Assembly (NCBI GenBank): GCA_963847705.1
Contig: CAWKBC010000035.1
Span: 1 to 64,000 of the forward strand
Source: an uncultured Pseudomonadota bacterium
GTDB taxonomy: Bacteria; Myxococcota_A; Polyangia; Fen-1088
DNA: 64,000 nucleotides
Direction: 5' to 3'
Below the pieces are notes generated by a model. It did no database searches. It saw only the letters and a list, made by a program, of their open reading frames with translations, and was not told the origin of the DNA. Below are positions 21,543 to 31,873 of the stretch, piece after piece (position 1 is the first letter of the stretch; each line of letters opens with the position of its first letter). Position numbers and translations under genes: made by a program.

Positions 21543-23978
21543 ATGCTGACCGACCTCGTGCAGGACCCGGTTCCCCAAACCACGACGCCGGAGAGATCCG
21601 AGAAGGTCGAAAGCGACGCCGATGCGTCGCTGGACGCCGATGCGCCGCCGATCGTCCGTGAGGAGAAACAGCTCCTCACCGTGGTCCTGCGCAAGCTGGA
21701 CGCCGGCGCTCCCCGCAAGGGCAGGATCCCGGTCGACGACGCCAGCGCGCTCATCGAGCTGCGCGACGCCCTGGCCGAGGCGAAGCCCGAGGACCAGGGC
21801 TCGATCCTGGAGCAGATGCACCGGATCGAGGCGCTGTCGCGACAGCGCGGCAAGGGGGACACGCCGCCGGTCGATCGCAAGTCCCCCTACTTCGGCCACC
21901 TGCGCCTGGAAGAGAACGGCAAGCGCCGCGACGTCCTGGTCGGCGCGCGCAGCTTCGTCGAGCCGGGCGGGGGCGTGCAGATCGTCGACTGGCGCAACGC
22001 CCCGGTGTCACGCCTCTTCTACCGCTACGAAGAGGGGGACGCCTACGAGGAGCGCCTCGGCGATCGGCTGGTGGAAGGCGAGGTGCTGGCCCGCCGCACG
22101 GTCGCCATCGTCGACGCTGATCTGCGCCGGGTCGCCTCGCCGCAGGGGACCTTCTCGCGCGATCTGCGCACGGGCGCCTGGCGCGAGGTCGCCGCCCGGC
22201 AGGCGCGCCTGCAGATCGCCCGTGACGGCTCGGCCGCCGCGCTGGTCCCCGCGCCGAGTCCGGCTTCCAGCGGGGCACCCGCCCCCACGGCCGGGCTCCC
22301 GGCGCCCGCCACGCGCGGCAAGCTCGGCCTCGACGAGAACGGGGCCCGGCGCCCCGACCGTCACCTCCCGGCCATCGCGGCGCTCATCGACCCACGCCAG
22401 TTCGAGCTGATCACGCAGCCCGCCTCTGGCCTCATCGCCGTGCAGGGCTCGGCTGGCAGCGGCAAGACCACGATTGGCCTGCACCGCATCGCCTACCTGG
22501 CGTTCGCCGATCCGCGCCGCTTTCGCCCCGAGAAGATGCTGGTGATCGTCTACCAGCGGGCGCTGGCCGCCTACGTCTCGCGGGTGCTCCCCTCGCTGGA
22601 GGTCCCCGGCGTTCCCGTGATGACGTTCGGCAACTGGGCCGAGACGGCCCGCCGCGCGGCCTTCCCGCTGCTCGACTTCGACCTCACCGACGAGACGCCG
22701 CCGGTCGTCATGCGGGCCAAGGCGCACGGGGCGTTCTTGCGCATCATCGACGATCGTCAGGCGGCGCTCGCCGTCTGGTGTCGCGCGCGCCTGGTCGAGG
22801 ATCTGGCCGGCAAGACGGAGGCCCCTGCCGTGCTGGCGTTCTGGGACGGCACCACCGGGCCCGTCGACGGGCGCCTCACCGCGCTGGCGCAGTGGGTGCG
22901 CGACACGACCCTCGACCCCGCCACCCGCAACGCGGTCGAGAACGCCGGTCGCGCGCTGCGGACGCGCACGCGCGACGCCACCGGCGAGTGGGCGGCCATG
23001 CTGACCGATCGCGCCGCGCTCGGCGAAGGGTTCGCGCGCCACGCGCCCGGTGTGTTCTCGCCCGGCCAGCTCGACGACGTTCACCGCTGGTGCGTCGAGC
23101 GCGAGCGGCTGCGCGGCGCCGGCCGCGGCTCCTCGGTGGCCTCCAGCGACGGCGGCGAGGACGAGCGGTGCGCGCTCGACGCCGAGGACGAAGCGCTCCT
23201 CCTGCGCATCTTCCAGCGCCAGCGCGGACGGATCCCCGATCGGGCCGGCAGCAAGACGACGCTCTCCTACGAGCACCTGATGGTCGACGAGGTGCAGGAC
23301 TTCTCGCCGCTCGAGCTGGCCGTCCTGCTCGACGCCACCAGCGCGCAGCGATCGGTCACGCTGGCGGGCGACACGGCGCAGGCGATCGCCCCCGAGCACG
23401 GATTCTCCGACTGGGCCGCGCTGCTGGATTTCCTGGAGATCGCGCATGAGCGCGTCGAGCCGCTGCGGGTCAGCTACCGTTCGACGCGCGAGATCGTCGA
23501 CGCCGCCGAGCACGTCCTCGGCCCGCTCCTGGGCGACATCCGGCCGGTGGCGCCGCGGGCCGGCGCGCCCGTCGAGTCGTTCCCCTTCAGCTCCGCCGGC
23601 GAGGCGGCCGAGTTTCTTTCGCACGCGCTCAAGGAGCTGGTCCGCGCCGAGCCCGAAGCCTCCGTGGCGCTCCTGGCGCGCCACCCGGAGCAGGCGCGGC
23701 TGTACTACGAGGCGCTGGTCAACTCCGAGGTTCCCAACCTGCGCCTGGTCAGCGACCAGGACTTCTCCTTCACCGCCGGCGTCGACGTCACCGACGTCCG
23801 CCAGTCGAAGGGGCTGGAGTTCGACATCGTGATCCTGCTCGAGGTCACCGAGACCTCGTACCCCGCCACCGATGACGCGCGCCGCCTGCTGCACGTGGCG
23901 ATGACCCGCGCCGCCCACCAGCTCTGGGTCACGTACACCGGCGTCCCCTCGCCCCTGCTGCCCGACGGCCTGCGATAA
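21543..23978 (+). CDS. Superfamily 1 helicase/ATPase (UvrD/HelD-like)
   Basis: SPYFGHLRL, IVDWRNAPVS, GSAGSGKTT, VDEVQD, LAGDTAQ, SYRST, KGLEFD, VAMTRA. Confidence 0.88.
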   Translation: MLTDLVQDPVPQTTTPERSEKVESDADASLDADAPPIVREEKQLLTVVLRKLDAGAPRKGRIPVDDASALIELRDALAEAKPEDQGSILEQMHRIEALSRQRGKGDTPPVDRKSPYFGHLRLEENGKRRDVLVGARSFVEPGGGVQIVDWRNAPVSRLFYRYEEGDAYEERLGDRLVEGEVLARRTVAIVDADLRRVASPQGTFSRDLRTGAWREVAARQARLQIARDGSAAALVPAPSPASSGAPAPTAGLPAPATRGKLGLDENGARRPDRHLPAIAALIDPRQFELITQPASGLIAVQGSAGSGKTTIGLHRIAYLAFADPRRFRPEKMLVIVYQRALAAYVSRVLPSLEVPGVPVMTFGNWAETARRAAFPLLDFDLTDETPPVVMRAKAHGAFLRIIDDRQAALAVWCRARLVEDLAGKTEAPAVLAFWDGTTGPVDGRLTALAQWVRDTTLDPATRNAVENAGRALRTRTRDATGEWAAMLTDRAALGEGFARHAPGVFSPGQLDDVHRWCVERERLRGAGRGSSVASSDGGEDERCALDAEDEALLLRIFQRQRGRIPDRAGSKTTLSYEHLMVDEVQDFSPLELAVLLDATSAQRSVTLAGDTAQAIAPEHGFSDWAALLDFLEIAHERVEPLRVSYRSTREIVDAAEHVLGPLLGDIRPVAPRAGAPVESFPFSSAGEAAEFLSHALKELVRAEPEASVALLARHPEQARLYYEALVNSEVPNLRLVSDQDFSFTAGVDVTDVRQSKGLEFDIVILLEVTETSYPATDDARRLLHVAMTRAAHQLWVTYTGVPSPLLPDGLR

Positions 23979-23995
23979 GCCGGGACCGCGATGAA

Positions 23996-24020
23996 TTCGG
24001 GACCTTCAAAGGGTCCCGAA
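23996..24020. terminator. Palindrome between convergent genes (bidirectional terminator or REP)
   Basis: ttcgggacc-ttcaaag-ggtcccgaa. Confidence 0.6.
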
Positions 24021-24032
24021 GGGGGGGTCAGG

Positions 24033-24362
24033 TCAGGTTACGCTCTGGAAGAACCGGTTCAGGGCCCAGACGTCCTTGGCGCGCAGCCCTTGGAAGCGGA
24101 TCCCGATGCCCGACGCGTCGCTGGTCCCCTTCTTCACGACCCAGCGGACGTCGCCGGCGACCTCCACCGGCTCGGGCTGGGTCGGCAGGGTAAATCTCAG
24201 CTGTACGGTCGTCCCGATCGGCAGCGACGTCAGCGAATCCAGGTAGAGCCCCCCGAGCGAAATGTTACGGGTCTGGGAGGTCTGTTTCTTCCCTTCGTAC
24301 ATCACCTCGACCTCGAGCTGACGTTCGTAGCGGGGATCGATTCGCCTGAAATGCTCTGCCAA
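24033..24362 (-). CDS. Single-domain PilZ protein
   Basis: TTG start with GAAGGA RBS. RRIDPR (RxxxR) and NISLGG motifs, GIGIRF. Confidence 0.88.
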   Translation of the reverse strand: MAEHFRRIDPRYERQLEVEVMYEGKKQTSQTRNISLGGLYLDSLTSLPIGTTVQLRFTLPTQPEPVEVAGDVRWVVKKGTSDASGIGIRFQGLRAKDVWALNRFFQSVT

Positions 24363-24447
24363 GATCGTCCTTCTTCCGCGGTGGGTGAGACCGTATGGTA
24401 CGACAACATCGCACCTCGGATCCAGCCCCACGTAACTAGCTGAATTG

Positions 24448-25383
24448 TTACTGAAAAGCAGGAAGAACGGGGCACAGAGACGGGTCCCCGACGTCTTCGG
24501 TCATCGACCAGGGCTTGTCGTTGTAGGTCGCCTCGAAGGTCGCGTCCCAGCACTCGGTCTGGGTCATCCCCGCGCCGTCGCCCGACGCCACCGAGAGGGT
24601 CGCCCTGCCGGCGCCGGTCGGCAGCCACTGGGCGTTGATGTCGAGGGTCTCGATGGCGGGGCCGGGGATGACGTTGCCGACCAATGTGAAGGCGATCTCG
24701 CCCGAGCCGTCTGTGAGAATCTCGTACATGAACGTTACCTTGGTGACCCCGGTGGTGGGGTCTGCCTTCACGCGATCGATTTCCAGCATGACGCTCACCG
24801 GTGACCCCGGCGTTTGGTAGTTCTGGTAGGTGATCGTCAAGGTCGCGAGCGGTGACGTGTTCGCGTCGAGCGGAAAGCTGGCCGCCGCCAACGCGCTGAA
24901 GTCGGCAGACACCGTGCCGTTCCCCTGCTTGACGCCCCCCGCGAGGTCGAAGGTGCCGGTGACGAAGTCGACCCAAGTCGGCACCGCGGCCTTCGTGTTC
25001 TGAACGCTCAGGTCGTAGTCGAAGGTCGTCCCGTCCGCCTGACGGGTGATGAGGAGCTTCCACTCCCAGCCCGGATGATTCGAGTCAGCGAACGGCCCCC
25101 AGGTGCGGCTGTCGGACGTTCGGCTCGTAGGCTCGTAGGACCGGATCGCGTCGACGAGACCCAGCACCTCGTCGAGCATCGTGTTGACGTTGCTGATCCC
25201 GTTGTGAGTGTCCTGGGCCAGCTCGGCCTGCGTCACGGTCGTCACGGCCGCCGGCAGAACCACCGCTAGCTGCGAGCTGGAGGGGACGGCGCTCATGTAG
25301 AGGAGATCCTCGTTCGAGTAGTCGCCGCAAGCGGCTATGGTCGCGGTGAGCCCGACTACCAAGAAGAGACGCCTAAAAGTCAT
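24448..25383 (-). CDS. Hypothetical lipoprotein (paralogue of 28487-29536)
   Basis: Lipobox IAAC; TWGPF, W..TGAGR, ECWD..F motifs. Confidence 0.75.
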   Translation of the reverse strand: MTFRRLFLVVGLTATIAACGDYSNEDLLYMSAVPSSSQLAVVLPAAVTTVTQAELAQDTHNGISNVNTMLDEVLGLVDAIRSYEPTSRTSDSRTWGPFADSNHPGWEWKLLITRQADGTTFDYDLSVQNTKAAVPTWVDFVTGTFDLAGGVKQGNGTVSADFSALAAASFPLDANTSPLATLTITYQNYQTPGSPVSVMLEIDRVKADPTTGVTKVTFMYEILTDGSGEIAFTLVGNVIPGPAIETLDINAQWLPTGAGRATLSVASGDGAGMTQTECWDATFEATYNDKPWSMTEDVGDPSLCPVLPAFQ

Positions 25384-27100
25384 ACGCCACCATGGTTGCA
25401 AGCTCCCAGTAACCGAGCGAGCGGTTGCCGTCGACGTTGTACAAAAGGTAGTGCAAGCGGGCGCGCGCCACCACGCTGGTCGAGCGCGAAAAATGATACG
25501 CCGCGCCGGCCACCAGCCCGGGCGAGAGCGTGGCGTAGAACTGCGCCGGGAAGGCGTTGTCCTCGAACGTCCGGTTCATGAGCAGCAGCGCCAGCCGCCC
25601 GCCCACGAAGGGCGTCAGGTAGCGGTGCGGCCACTCGACGGTCAGCGACGCGGCCAGCGACGCCTCGGTGAAATGAAAGGGCGTCTCCACCACCGGCGCA
25701 ACGCCGTTGGCGCCGCCGCCCGCCAGGTCGAACCCCAGCACCCAGTCGCGGCGCAGGAAGTCACGCAGCGCGAAGTCGATCTCCACGAGCGCCGTGGGGG
25801 GGAAGAGTCCTGCGCCGTCGGGCGCCTCGAACACCGCCTGGAATCCCAGCCCCGCGCCGACCGACCAGCGCGAGCTCAGGTCGACGCGGCTGCCCCCCTT
25901 GACCGGGTCGGCGGAGAAGGGCGCGTCGCGCAGGCTCCCCTCCTCGAGGGTGACGAGCTCGCCGCGCGGGACGTCGATCTCGCCCACCCGCAGCCGATCG
26001 GCGAGGCGCCGCTTGACCCGGTAACGTCCAGGCGACAGCGCCACGCGGCGATCGACGCCGTCCCCCTTGTTGATCTCGGCGGCCACGAATCCCTGGCGGT
26101 CCACGAGAAAATAGACCCCGCTCGGGGCCTGGCGGGGAAAGTAGATCCCCTCGTGGCGCGCGGCGACGTCGGTCAGCACCAGATCGCCGTTGCCCGCCAG
26201 GTCGTAGCTGAAGGTGGGGTGCTGCGCGCCGGCGGCGCTCTCCGCGGTGTCGGCGACCGTCCGGTCGTAGGCGTAGGCGTAGGCCTCGAACAGGGTCACC
26301 TGACCGTCGCCCGATTTGTCGGCGCCCCCCAAAAGGCCGCTGGCCAGGTGGTGCGAGAAATAGCTGCCGCCGATGGCGTCCGACTCCTGCGAGTCCTCGT
26401 CCGAGGCGCTGGAGGTGAGGATGACCAGGCCCTTGGCGTCGCGCGGACTCTCCGATTCGATGGCGAACGCGGGCGCCTTGCGCGCCCCCTTGCTGCGGGT
26501 GATCGCGCCCGAGCGGCAGGAGTCGAGGATGACGATCCGGACGTCGACCGGCGCGGCGGCGACCAGCCCCTTGAGCGCGTCGATCGGCAGCCGCGATTCG
26601 CCCAGCCGAAGCGCGCCGTCCTTGGCGTGCCCCGAGTAGTAGAAGAAAAGCGCGGTGTGCTCGCCGTGGCGGGCGGCCTCGGCGGCCTGCTTTTCCACCT
26701 TGGCCAGCGCGGAGAGCACGTCGCTGGCGCCGCCGTCGATGATCAGGTTCGCGTCTTCGGTCCGCACGCCGCCCAGGCGGGTGAGGATGTCGTAGACCTT
26801 GCTGGCGTCGGCGCTGGCGTAGAGCAGCGGGCGGGTGTCGGCGCCGCCCGAATCGTTGCCGGCGATGACGGCGAACCGGTGCAGCACGTCGGCGCGCGCG
26901 GTTCCGGCGGCGAACGGCGCCAGGAGCGCGACCAAGATCGCGAGCAAGATCGCGGGCAAGTTCGCGGGCAAGATCGCGGGCCCAATCGGCGGCAAGAACG
27001 CGGGCGAGTTCGCGGGCAAGATCGCGGGCAAGATCGCCGGCAAGAACGCGGGCGAATTCGCGGCGAGGCGGGCGGCCCTTTTCGCCGGCGAACGCATCAC
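25373..27100 (-). CDS. Exported caspase-family (peptidase C14) protein with C-terminal beta-barrel-like region
   Basis: FYYSGH and ILDSCRSG His/Cys dyad, LTSSASDEDSQES, QHP, amphipathic C-terminus ending YDF. Confidence 0.85.
   Translation of the reverse strand: MMRSPAKRAARLAANSPAFLPAILPAILPANSPAFLPPIGPAILPANLPAILLAILVALLAPFAAGTARADVLHRFAVIAGNDSGGADTRPLLYASADASKVYDILTRLGGVRTEDANLIIDGGASDVLSALAKVEKQAAEAARHGEHTALFFYYSGHAKDGALRLGESRLPIDALKGLVAAAPVDVRIVILDSCRSGAITRSKGARKAPAFAIESESPRDAKGLVILTSSASDEDSQESDAIGGSYFSHHLASGLLGGADKSGDGQVTLFEAYAYAYDRTVADTAESAAGAQHPTFSYDLAGNGDLVLTDVAARHEGIYFPRQAPSGVYFLVDRQGFVAAEINKGDGVDRRVALSPGRYRVKRRLADRLRVGEIDVPRGELVTLEEGSLRDAPFSADPVKGGSRVDLSSRWSVGAGLGFQAVFEAPDGAGLFPPTALVEIDFALRDFLRRDWVLGFDLAGGGANGVAPVVETPFHFTEASLAASLTVEWPHRYLTPFVGGRLALLLMNRTFEDNAFPAQFYATLSPGLVAGAAYHFSRSTSVVARARLHYLLYNVDGNRSLGYWELATMVAYDF
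26933..27064 (-). repeat. ~11 degenerate 12-bp repeats in the caspase N-terminus (LPAI/LPAN/SPAF)
   Basis: Plus-strand units caagatcgcggg / caagttcgcggg / caagaacgcggg. Confidence 0.85.
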
Positions 27101-27894
27101 GGCTTGGCGAAGGTCCGCGTGAACTGTTCCCCGGGCAGGTCGAGCCGCGGCAGGCGGCCCAGATCGCCGCCCGCGCGATCGTAGGCCGCGCGCGCCGCCT
27201 GGCGAGCGACCGCCATGTCGACCGGCTCATCCGAGAGCAAAACGATGATCCGCTCGAGGCCGGTCCCCGTCAGCTCCAGGCTGTCGGGGAGAAAGTGCGT
27301 GGCGCTGGAAACGCCGGCCGGCACCGTCAGGCTCGTTCCCTGCTCGGGGTAGAGCGGCGTCACCTCGCCGTGCTCGTCGATCGACAGCGAAAGCAGATAG
27401 CGGTGACCGCCCGTCTGGTAGCCGATGCGCAACCGCTCGCCCGCCGACAGCGGCTCGGCGGCGTCGACGCGCGCCGTTCGCTGTCCCGCGGCGCCCGCCA
27501 CCCGCACGATCACGCCGGCGCCACCCTTGAGGCCGTCGTAGCCGGGAGGATGAACCCGCGTCCCAGGACCATGCAAAGGCCCGTGGAAGGTCACCACCAC
27601 GGCGACCGCTGCGGCCATCGCCAGCGTCGGGACGACCATCCAGCTGCGCATCGGCGCCCGGCGGCGCGCAACGGCGGGCGTGCCGCGCGCGGCGCGTTCG
27701 ACGCCGGCGGCGAAACGATCGAACGAGATCGCCGCCTCGAATCTCCGCTGCTCGTCGTCGAGCGCGCGGATGCGGGCCTTGCACTCGGCGCAGGTCGCCG
27801 CGTGCGCTTCGATGACCGGCGCTTCCGCGCCCAGCGTCTCGCCGGCGCGGCGCCGGCGCAGCTCCAGCTCGCCGATGTGTCCTTCCGTATTCAT
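27097..27894 (-). CDS. Anti-sigma-like protein: zinc-finger HxxxCxxC, TM helix, DUF4384-like extracytoplasmic domain
   Basis: HAATCAEC, TM segment, LKGG..GERLRIGY..LLSLSIDEHGEVTPLYP..LPDSLEL...ERI. Confidence 0.8.
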   Translation of the reverse strand: MNTEGHIGELELRRRRAGETLGAEAPVIEAHAATCAECKARIRALDDEQRRFEAAISFDRFAAGVERAARGTPAVARRRAPMRSWMVVPTLAMAAAVAVVVTFHGPLHGPGTRVHPPGYDGLKGGAGVIVRVAGAAGQRTARVDAAEPLSAGERLRIGYQTGGHRYLLSLSIDEHGEVTPLYPEQGTSLTVPAGVSSATHFLPDSLELTGTGLERIIVLLSDEPVDMAVARQAARAAYDRAGGDLGRLPRLDLPGEQFTRTFAKP

Positions 27895-28436
27895 GTCGTC
27901 CCTCCGTCGGGGGGCAGCTCGCGCCCCGCCAGCGCCGCCACGGCCGCCAGCCGCTTGCGCACCGTCGGCACCGAGCGCCCGATCGCCACAGCGACCTCGT
28001 CCAGCGTCATCTCATCCACAAAATAGTGAATCGCCGCCTGCTGGGTCTCGGGGTCGAGCTCGGCCAAGAGCTTGCGGGCGGCGTCGCGATCCTCGAACAG
28101 CTGCGGGCCGCCGTGCCCCTCGCCGCGGGCGCGCGTCTCGCGGGCGAACCGCTGGTGCCAGGGGGCGCGCTCGGCGCGCAGCACGTTGAGGCAGTGGTGG
28201 GTGGCGATGCGGGTCAGCCAGGTGAGCGGCGAGGCCTCGCTCCGAAACTCGCTCCAGTGGGTGAGCGCCTTGGCGAACACGTCCTGCATGGCGTCCTCCG
28301 CCTTGGTGGCGTCCCGCAGAATGTACTGGCAACGGCCGTACACGGTCCCTCCGTACTTGGTGTAGAGCTCTCGCAGCGCCGCCCGCGAATCGGCCGGCTT
28401 TCCACCGCTCACTATCTCCAACACCGGTTGACTCAT
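27891..28436 (-). CDS. ECF sigma factor
   Basis: AEDAMQDVF, LTWLTRIATHHCLN, MTLDEVA..SVPTVRKRL. Confidence 0.9.
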   Translation of the reverse strand: MSQPVLEIVSGGKPADSRAALRELYTKYGGTVYGRCQYILRDATKAEDAMQDVFAKALTHWSEFRSEASPLTWLTRIATHHCLNVLRAERAPWHQRFARETRARGEGHGGPQLFEDRDAARKLLAELDPETQQAAIHYFVDEMTLDEVAVAIGRSVPTVRKRLAAVAALAGRELPPDGGTT

Positions 28437-28486
28437 GCGAATGCCCGGGAGCCGCTCCCGCGACCCCGGGCCCTCGAGTTGCTTGG

Positions 28487-29536
28487 TTACGGCGACAGCG
28501 AGACCAGCGCCGCGCTGGCGAACGCGCAGCTCGACTCGGACCCCCAGTCCACGGCCGAGTCGTTCGGATCGTACGACGCCGCGCTGTAGACCGAGAAGAA
28601 ATTCGAGTCCCAGCACTCGCTGGAGGTGTCGACCGCCGTTCCGACGTCACCGCCGGTGATCTGGACGTCGGTCCGACCGGCGCCCGTCTCCATCCAGCGG
28701 CTGTGGATCGACATCGTCTCGTTGGCGGCCGTGGTGGTCACGAAGTTCTCCGCCGCGCCGTACTGCAGGTCGCCGCCCGAGCCGGGCGTCGCCGTGTAGG
28801 CGTAGACCCCGTCGAAGATCTGGCCGTGCGTGCTGCAGGTCGACGGGTCGCAGTTGTCGAGAATGTTGGTGAAGGTGACGTTGTTGGTCACCGTCGCCGT
28901 CGGGCTCATCCGCGAGTAAGTGAACGCCATCTGACCGACGTTCGTGTCGTGCTGCGGGAGCGTGTCGGCCGCGTCCCAGTCGATGACGAAGTTGCCGCTG
29001 CCGAACCCCTCCATCGGATTTCCCTGGGCGTCGACCGCCCGGGTGTGCACGCCCGAGAGAATGGTGACGAACGCGCTGTCGTCGGCCGTCTTCCCCTTGC
29101 CGTCGAGCTTCCAGGCGAAGACGTGCGGCGCCTGCCTGTTGACCGTCAGCCGGTAGGTGTTCGCGCTGAGCGGATCGGTGTAGGGGCCCCAGACGCCGGT
29201 GTCACCTTCGACGCTGGTCGGCGGATAGTTGGTGACCGCCTTGACCAGGCCGAGGACGGCCCCGGTGGCAGTGTTGACCACGTAAGCGAGCGTCGCCGTC
29301 AGCACGTAGTCCTTGGCGGTGTCTCCCATCAGCGCGCCCTGCTTCACGGTCACGGCGCCGCTCGAAACGGCGCCGGTCGTCGCGGTGGTCGAGCTGGCGG
29401 CGGGGACCACCAGCGCGACCGTGTCCTTGGTCGGCGTGCTCCCCTCGAACTCGCTGCCGTCGAGCTTCCCGCAGCCGACCAGCGCGAACGCCGCGCCCAG
29501 CATGCCCATCGTCGTCACCAAAGCCGATCGCTCCAT
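28487..29536 (-). CDS. Hypothetical lipoprotein (paralogue of 24448-25383)
   Basis: Own RBS (AAGGGAGA) and ATG 29536, lipobox LVGC, VWGPY, W..TGAGR, ECWD..F. Fused to the kinase in the ORF track only through a 1-bp insertion. Confidence 0.78.
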   Translation of the reverse strand: MERSALVTTMGMLGAAFALVGCGKLDGSEFEGSTPTKDTVALVVPAASSTTATTGAVSSGAVTVKQGALMGDTAKDYVLTATLAYVVNTATGAVLGLVKAVTNYPPTSVEGDTGVWGPYTDPLSANTYRLTVNRQAPHVFAWKLDGKGKTADDSAFVTILSGVHTRAVDAQGNPMEGFGSGNFVIDWDAADTLPQHDTNVGQMAFTYSRMSPTATVTNNVTFTNILDNCDPSTCSTHGQIFDGVYAYTATPGSGGDLQYGAAENFVTTTAANETMSIHSRWMETGAGRTDVQITGGDVGTAVDTSSECWDSNFFSVYSAASYDPNDSAVDWGSESSCAFASAALVSLSP

Positions 29537-29625
29537 TGTGTCTCTCCCTTTCGTCAGTCCCGCGTGTCTGCTCAAACCGACACGGCAGCGGCGAAAAGGA
29601 GAAAGGACCCCGACGTCCGGGCGCG

Positions 29626-31363
29626 TCAGGGGTTTTCGGTGGCTGGCGGCGCGGAGGGTGGCGGATTCGATGTTCTTCACGACCGGCGGGGCCGGCGCAG
29701 GGAGCAGCGACGGATCGGGCGCCATCTTGAGCCCCGCGAGGTCGCGCCCCACGAAGTCCTTGGCCCGCTCGCCACCGTGGTGGCGGGCGACCGTCTCGTG
29801 GCCCGCCTCGTGCGCCGCGGCCGGCTCGCTGTGATGAGCGGGGGCTGGTGCTTCGGCGGTCTCGGGGTCGCGCGCGGCCGCCTGCTTGTCCGTTGGCGGT
29901 ACGCCGGGCGTCGGCGGGGTTCCGGCGGCGTGATCCGTTGCGGCCGCCGGGGTTGCCTGGCCAGCCGGGCCAGCCGAAGTTGCCGGGCCAGCCGAAGTTG
30001 CCGAATTTGCCGGGGCGCCGGCTCCGAACCAGCTCGGGGCGTAGGTCCGGGCGTACTTGCCGGCGAACCAGGCCCCCGCCACCAGCAGGGCGCCAATGAA
30101 GAGGATGGAAAAGCCGCTGCGCCGCCGGGCGGGACGACGGCCCGGCCGTCCCCCTTCCTCTTCGGGGATCGGCAGCGCCAGCTCCGACCGACCAGAGAGG
30201 TTCGACATCGATTCGGCGTCCTCGGGCACCGGGAGCTCCGGCAGGGTCGGGCGCGACCGCGTGCCGCGCGCGCGAGAGATGCCGCCCCCCTTGACCACCG
30301 CCAGCGAGGTCGCCTCTTCTCCGTCGATCACCTCTTCGTCGGTGTCGAGCAGGACGACGTCCTCCTCTTCCAGCTCGCCGGTCCCGGTCTTGGTGCGCGT
30401 CGAGGTGGCGCGCGGGGCGGTGGCGCTCGATTGACTGATCGGCGGGACGCCGTCGCGGGCCGACAGCTCGGTCAGCCAGCGCTTGAGCTCGGTCTGGCCG
30501 ACCGGGCGAAACGCCGTCCGCAGCACCCGTTCGACGTCGCTCAACATCTCGTCGGCGCTCTGGTAGCGCTCGCCGGGCTCCTTGCGCATCGCGCGCGTCA
30601 CGACCGCGGCGACCTCGGGCGGCAGGTCGGGCGCGGTCTCCTGGGGTGGCGGGAAATCCCCTTTTTGAACCCGCAGCAGCGTCTCGAGGTCGCTCGGCCC
30701 CTCGAAAGGCCGCGAGCGCGTGACCATCAGGTAGAGCACCGTCCCCACCGAAAACAGATCGGACCGCTGATCGATCGGCTTGCCCATCGCCTGCTCCGGC
30801 GACATGAAGGCGACCTTCCCTTTGACGACGCCGGTGCCGGTGTGCTCGCGCTTGTTCATCGCCTTGGCGATGCCAAAGTCGGTCAGCTTCACCTCACCTT
30901 GCTCGGACAGCAGGATGTTGTGCGGGCTGACGTCGCGGTGCACGATCCCGAGCGGCGTCTGGCCCTCGGTCTTGGAGTGAGCGTAGGCGAGCGCGCGGCA
31001 GACCTCGGCCGTGATGTACAGCGCGAGCTCACGCGGCAGCCGCACGCCGGCGGTCGCCGCCCGGTGAAGGACCCGCCCGAGATCCCACCCGTCGACCAGC
31101 TCCAGCGCCAGGAAGTAACGACCGGCGCTGACGCCCAGATCCAGCACCTGCGCGATGTTGCTGTGCGACAGGCTCATCGAGATGTGCGCCTCGTCGATGA
31201 ACATGTTGCGGAACTGCGGATCGGCGTAGATGGCGCTGTGGATCCGCTTCAGGATGACCGGCTTGGCGAACCCCTCGCGGCCGAGCTGGGTGGCGAGGAA
31301 GATCTCCGCCATCCCGCCGTCGGCGACGCGTTTGATGATCTTATACCGACCGTGCTGCGCCAT
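29626..31363 (-). CDS. Membrane Ser/Thr protein kinase (apparent +1 indel near the 3' end)
   Basis: GGMAEI, ILK, HRDVSPHN, DFGIAK, MSPEQ, TM helix. Deleting one T at 29666-29667 gives ...KNIDPPPSAPPATENP* with TGA at 29626-29628. Confidence 0.88.
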
Positions 31364-31456
31364 TCCGAACGCACCAACTTACCATTCCTGGCGCCCTCTG
31401 TCCGCCGCGCCTCACCTCGGGCCTGGGCCGGCAGGACGGCCTCTCCCGCCTCCCGG

Positions 31457-31873
31457 TCAGTGTCCCGAAACGTCGCTCCGGAGATCTTCGATCGATTTGC
31501 CGCGCGCGTCCGGGTGCTCACTGAGGTAGAGGTCCAGCAGCTTCGCCAGCTGCTTCGACTGGGCGGCGCTCATCTTGTGCCCCGACGAGGCCTTCGTCGT
31601 CGGGCTCTCCTCGTCGCTGGCGGGCGTCTTGTGCCCGGAGGCGGCCGCCTTCTTGGTCTCGGCGTCGATCTCCTTTTGCAGCGCTTTGTCCCGCTGCTCC
31701 TCGCATCCCTTCGGCTCGCAGTCGCCCGGACAGCCGCACTTCGCCTTCTTGTCGCAGAAACAGGTGGCGCCGTCTCGATAGCAGCCACAGTCGTTGCGCG
31801 CCGGCTCCGCGCCGACGGCGCCGGCGAGACAGACGACCAACACCGACCCGAGCACGAACCCGACGAGTTTCAT
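31457..31873 (-). CDS. Small secreted Cys-rich hypothetical protein
   Basis: GAGGAGG RBS, signal peptide, CGC..CFC..CGC..C...C cluster. Confidence 0.7.
   Translation of the reverse strand: MKLVGFVLGSVLVVCLAGAVGAEPARNDCGCYRDGATCFCDKKAKCGCPGDCEPKGCEEQRDKALQKEIDAETKKAAASGHKTPASDEESPTTKASSGHKMSAAQSKQLAKLLDLYLSEHPDARGKSIEDLRSDVSGH

Noticed and set aside
28487-31363. 958-aa kinase-lipoprotein fusion in the ORF track
   Set aside because: The internal gene has its own RBS, ATG and lipobox, and a 1-bp correction at GATTC 29664-29668 gives the kinase its own stop at 29626. Most likely two genes.
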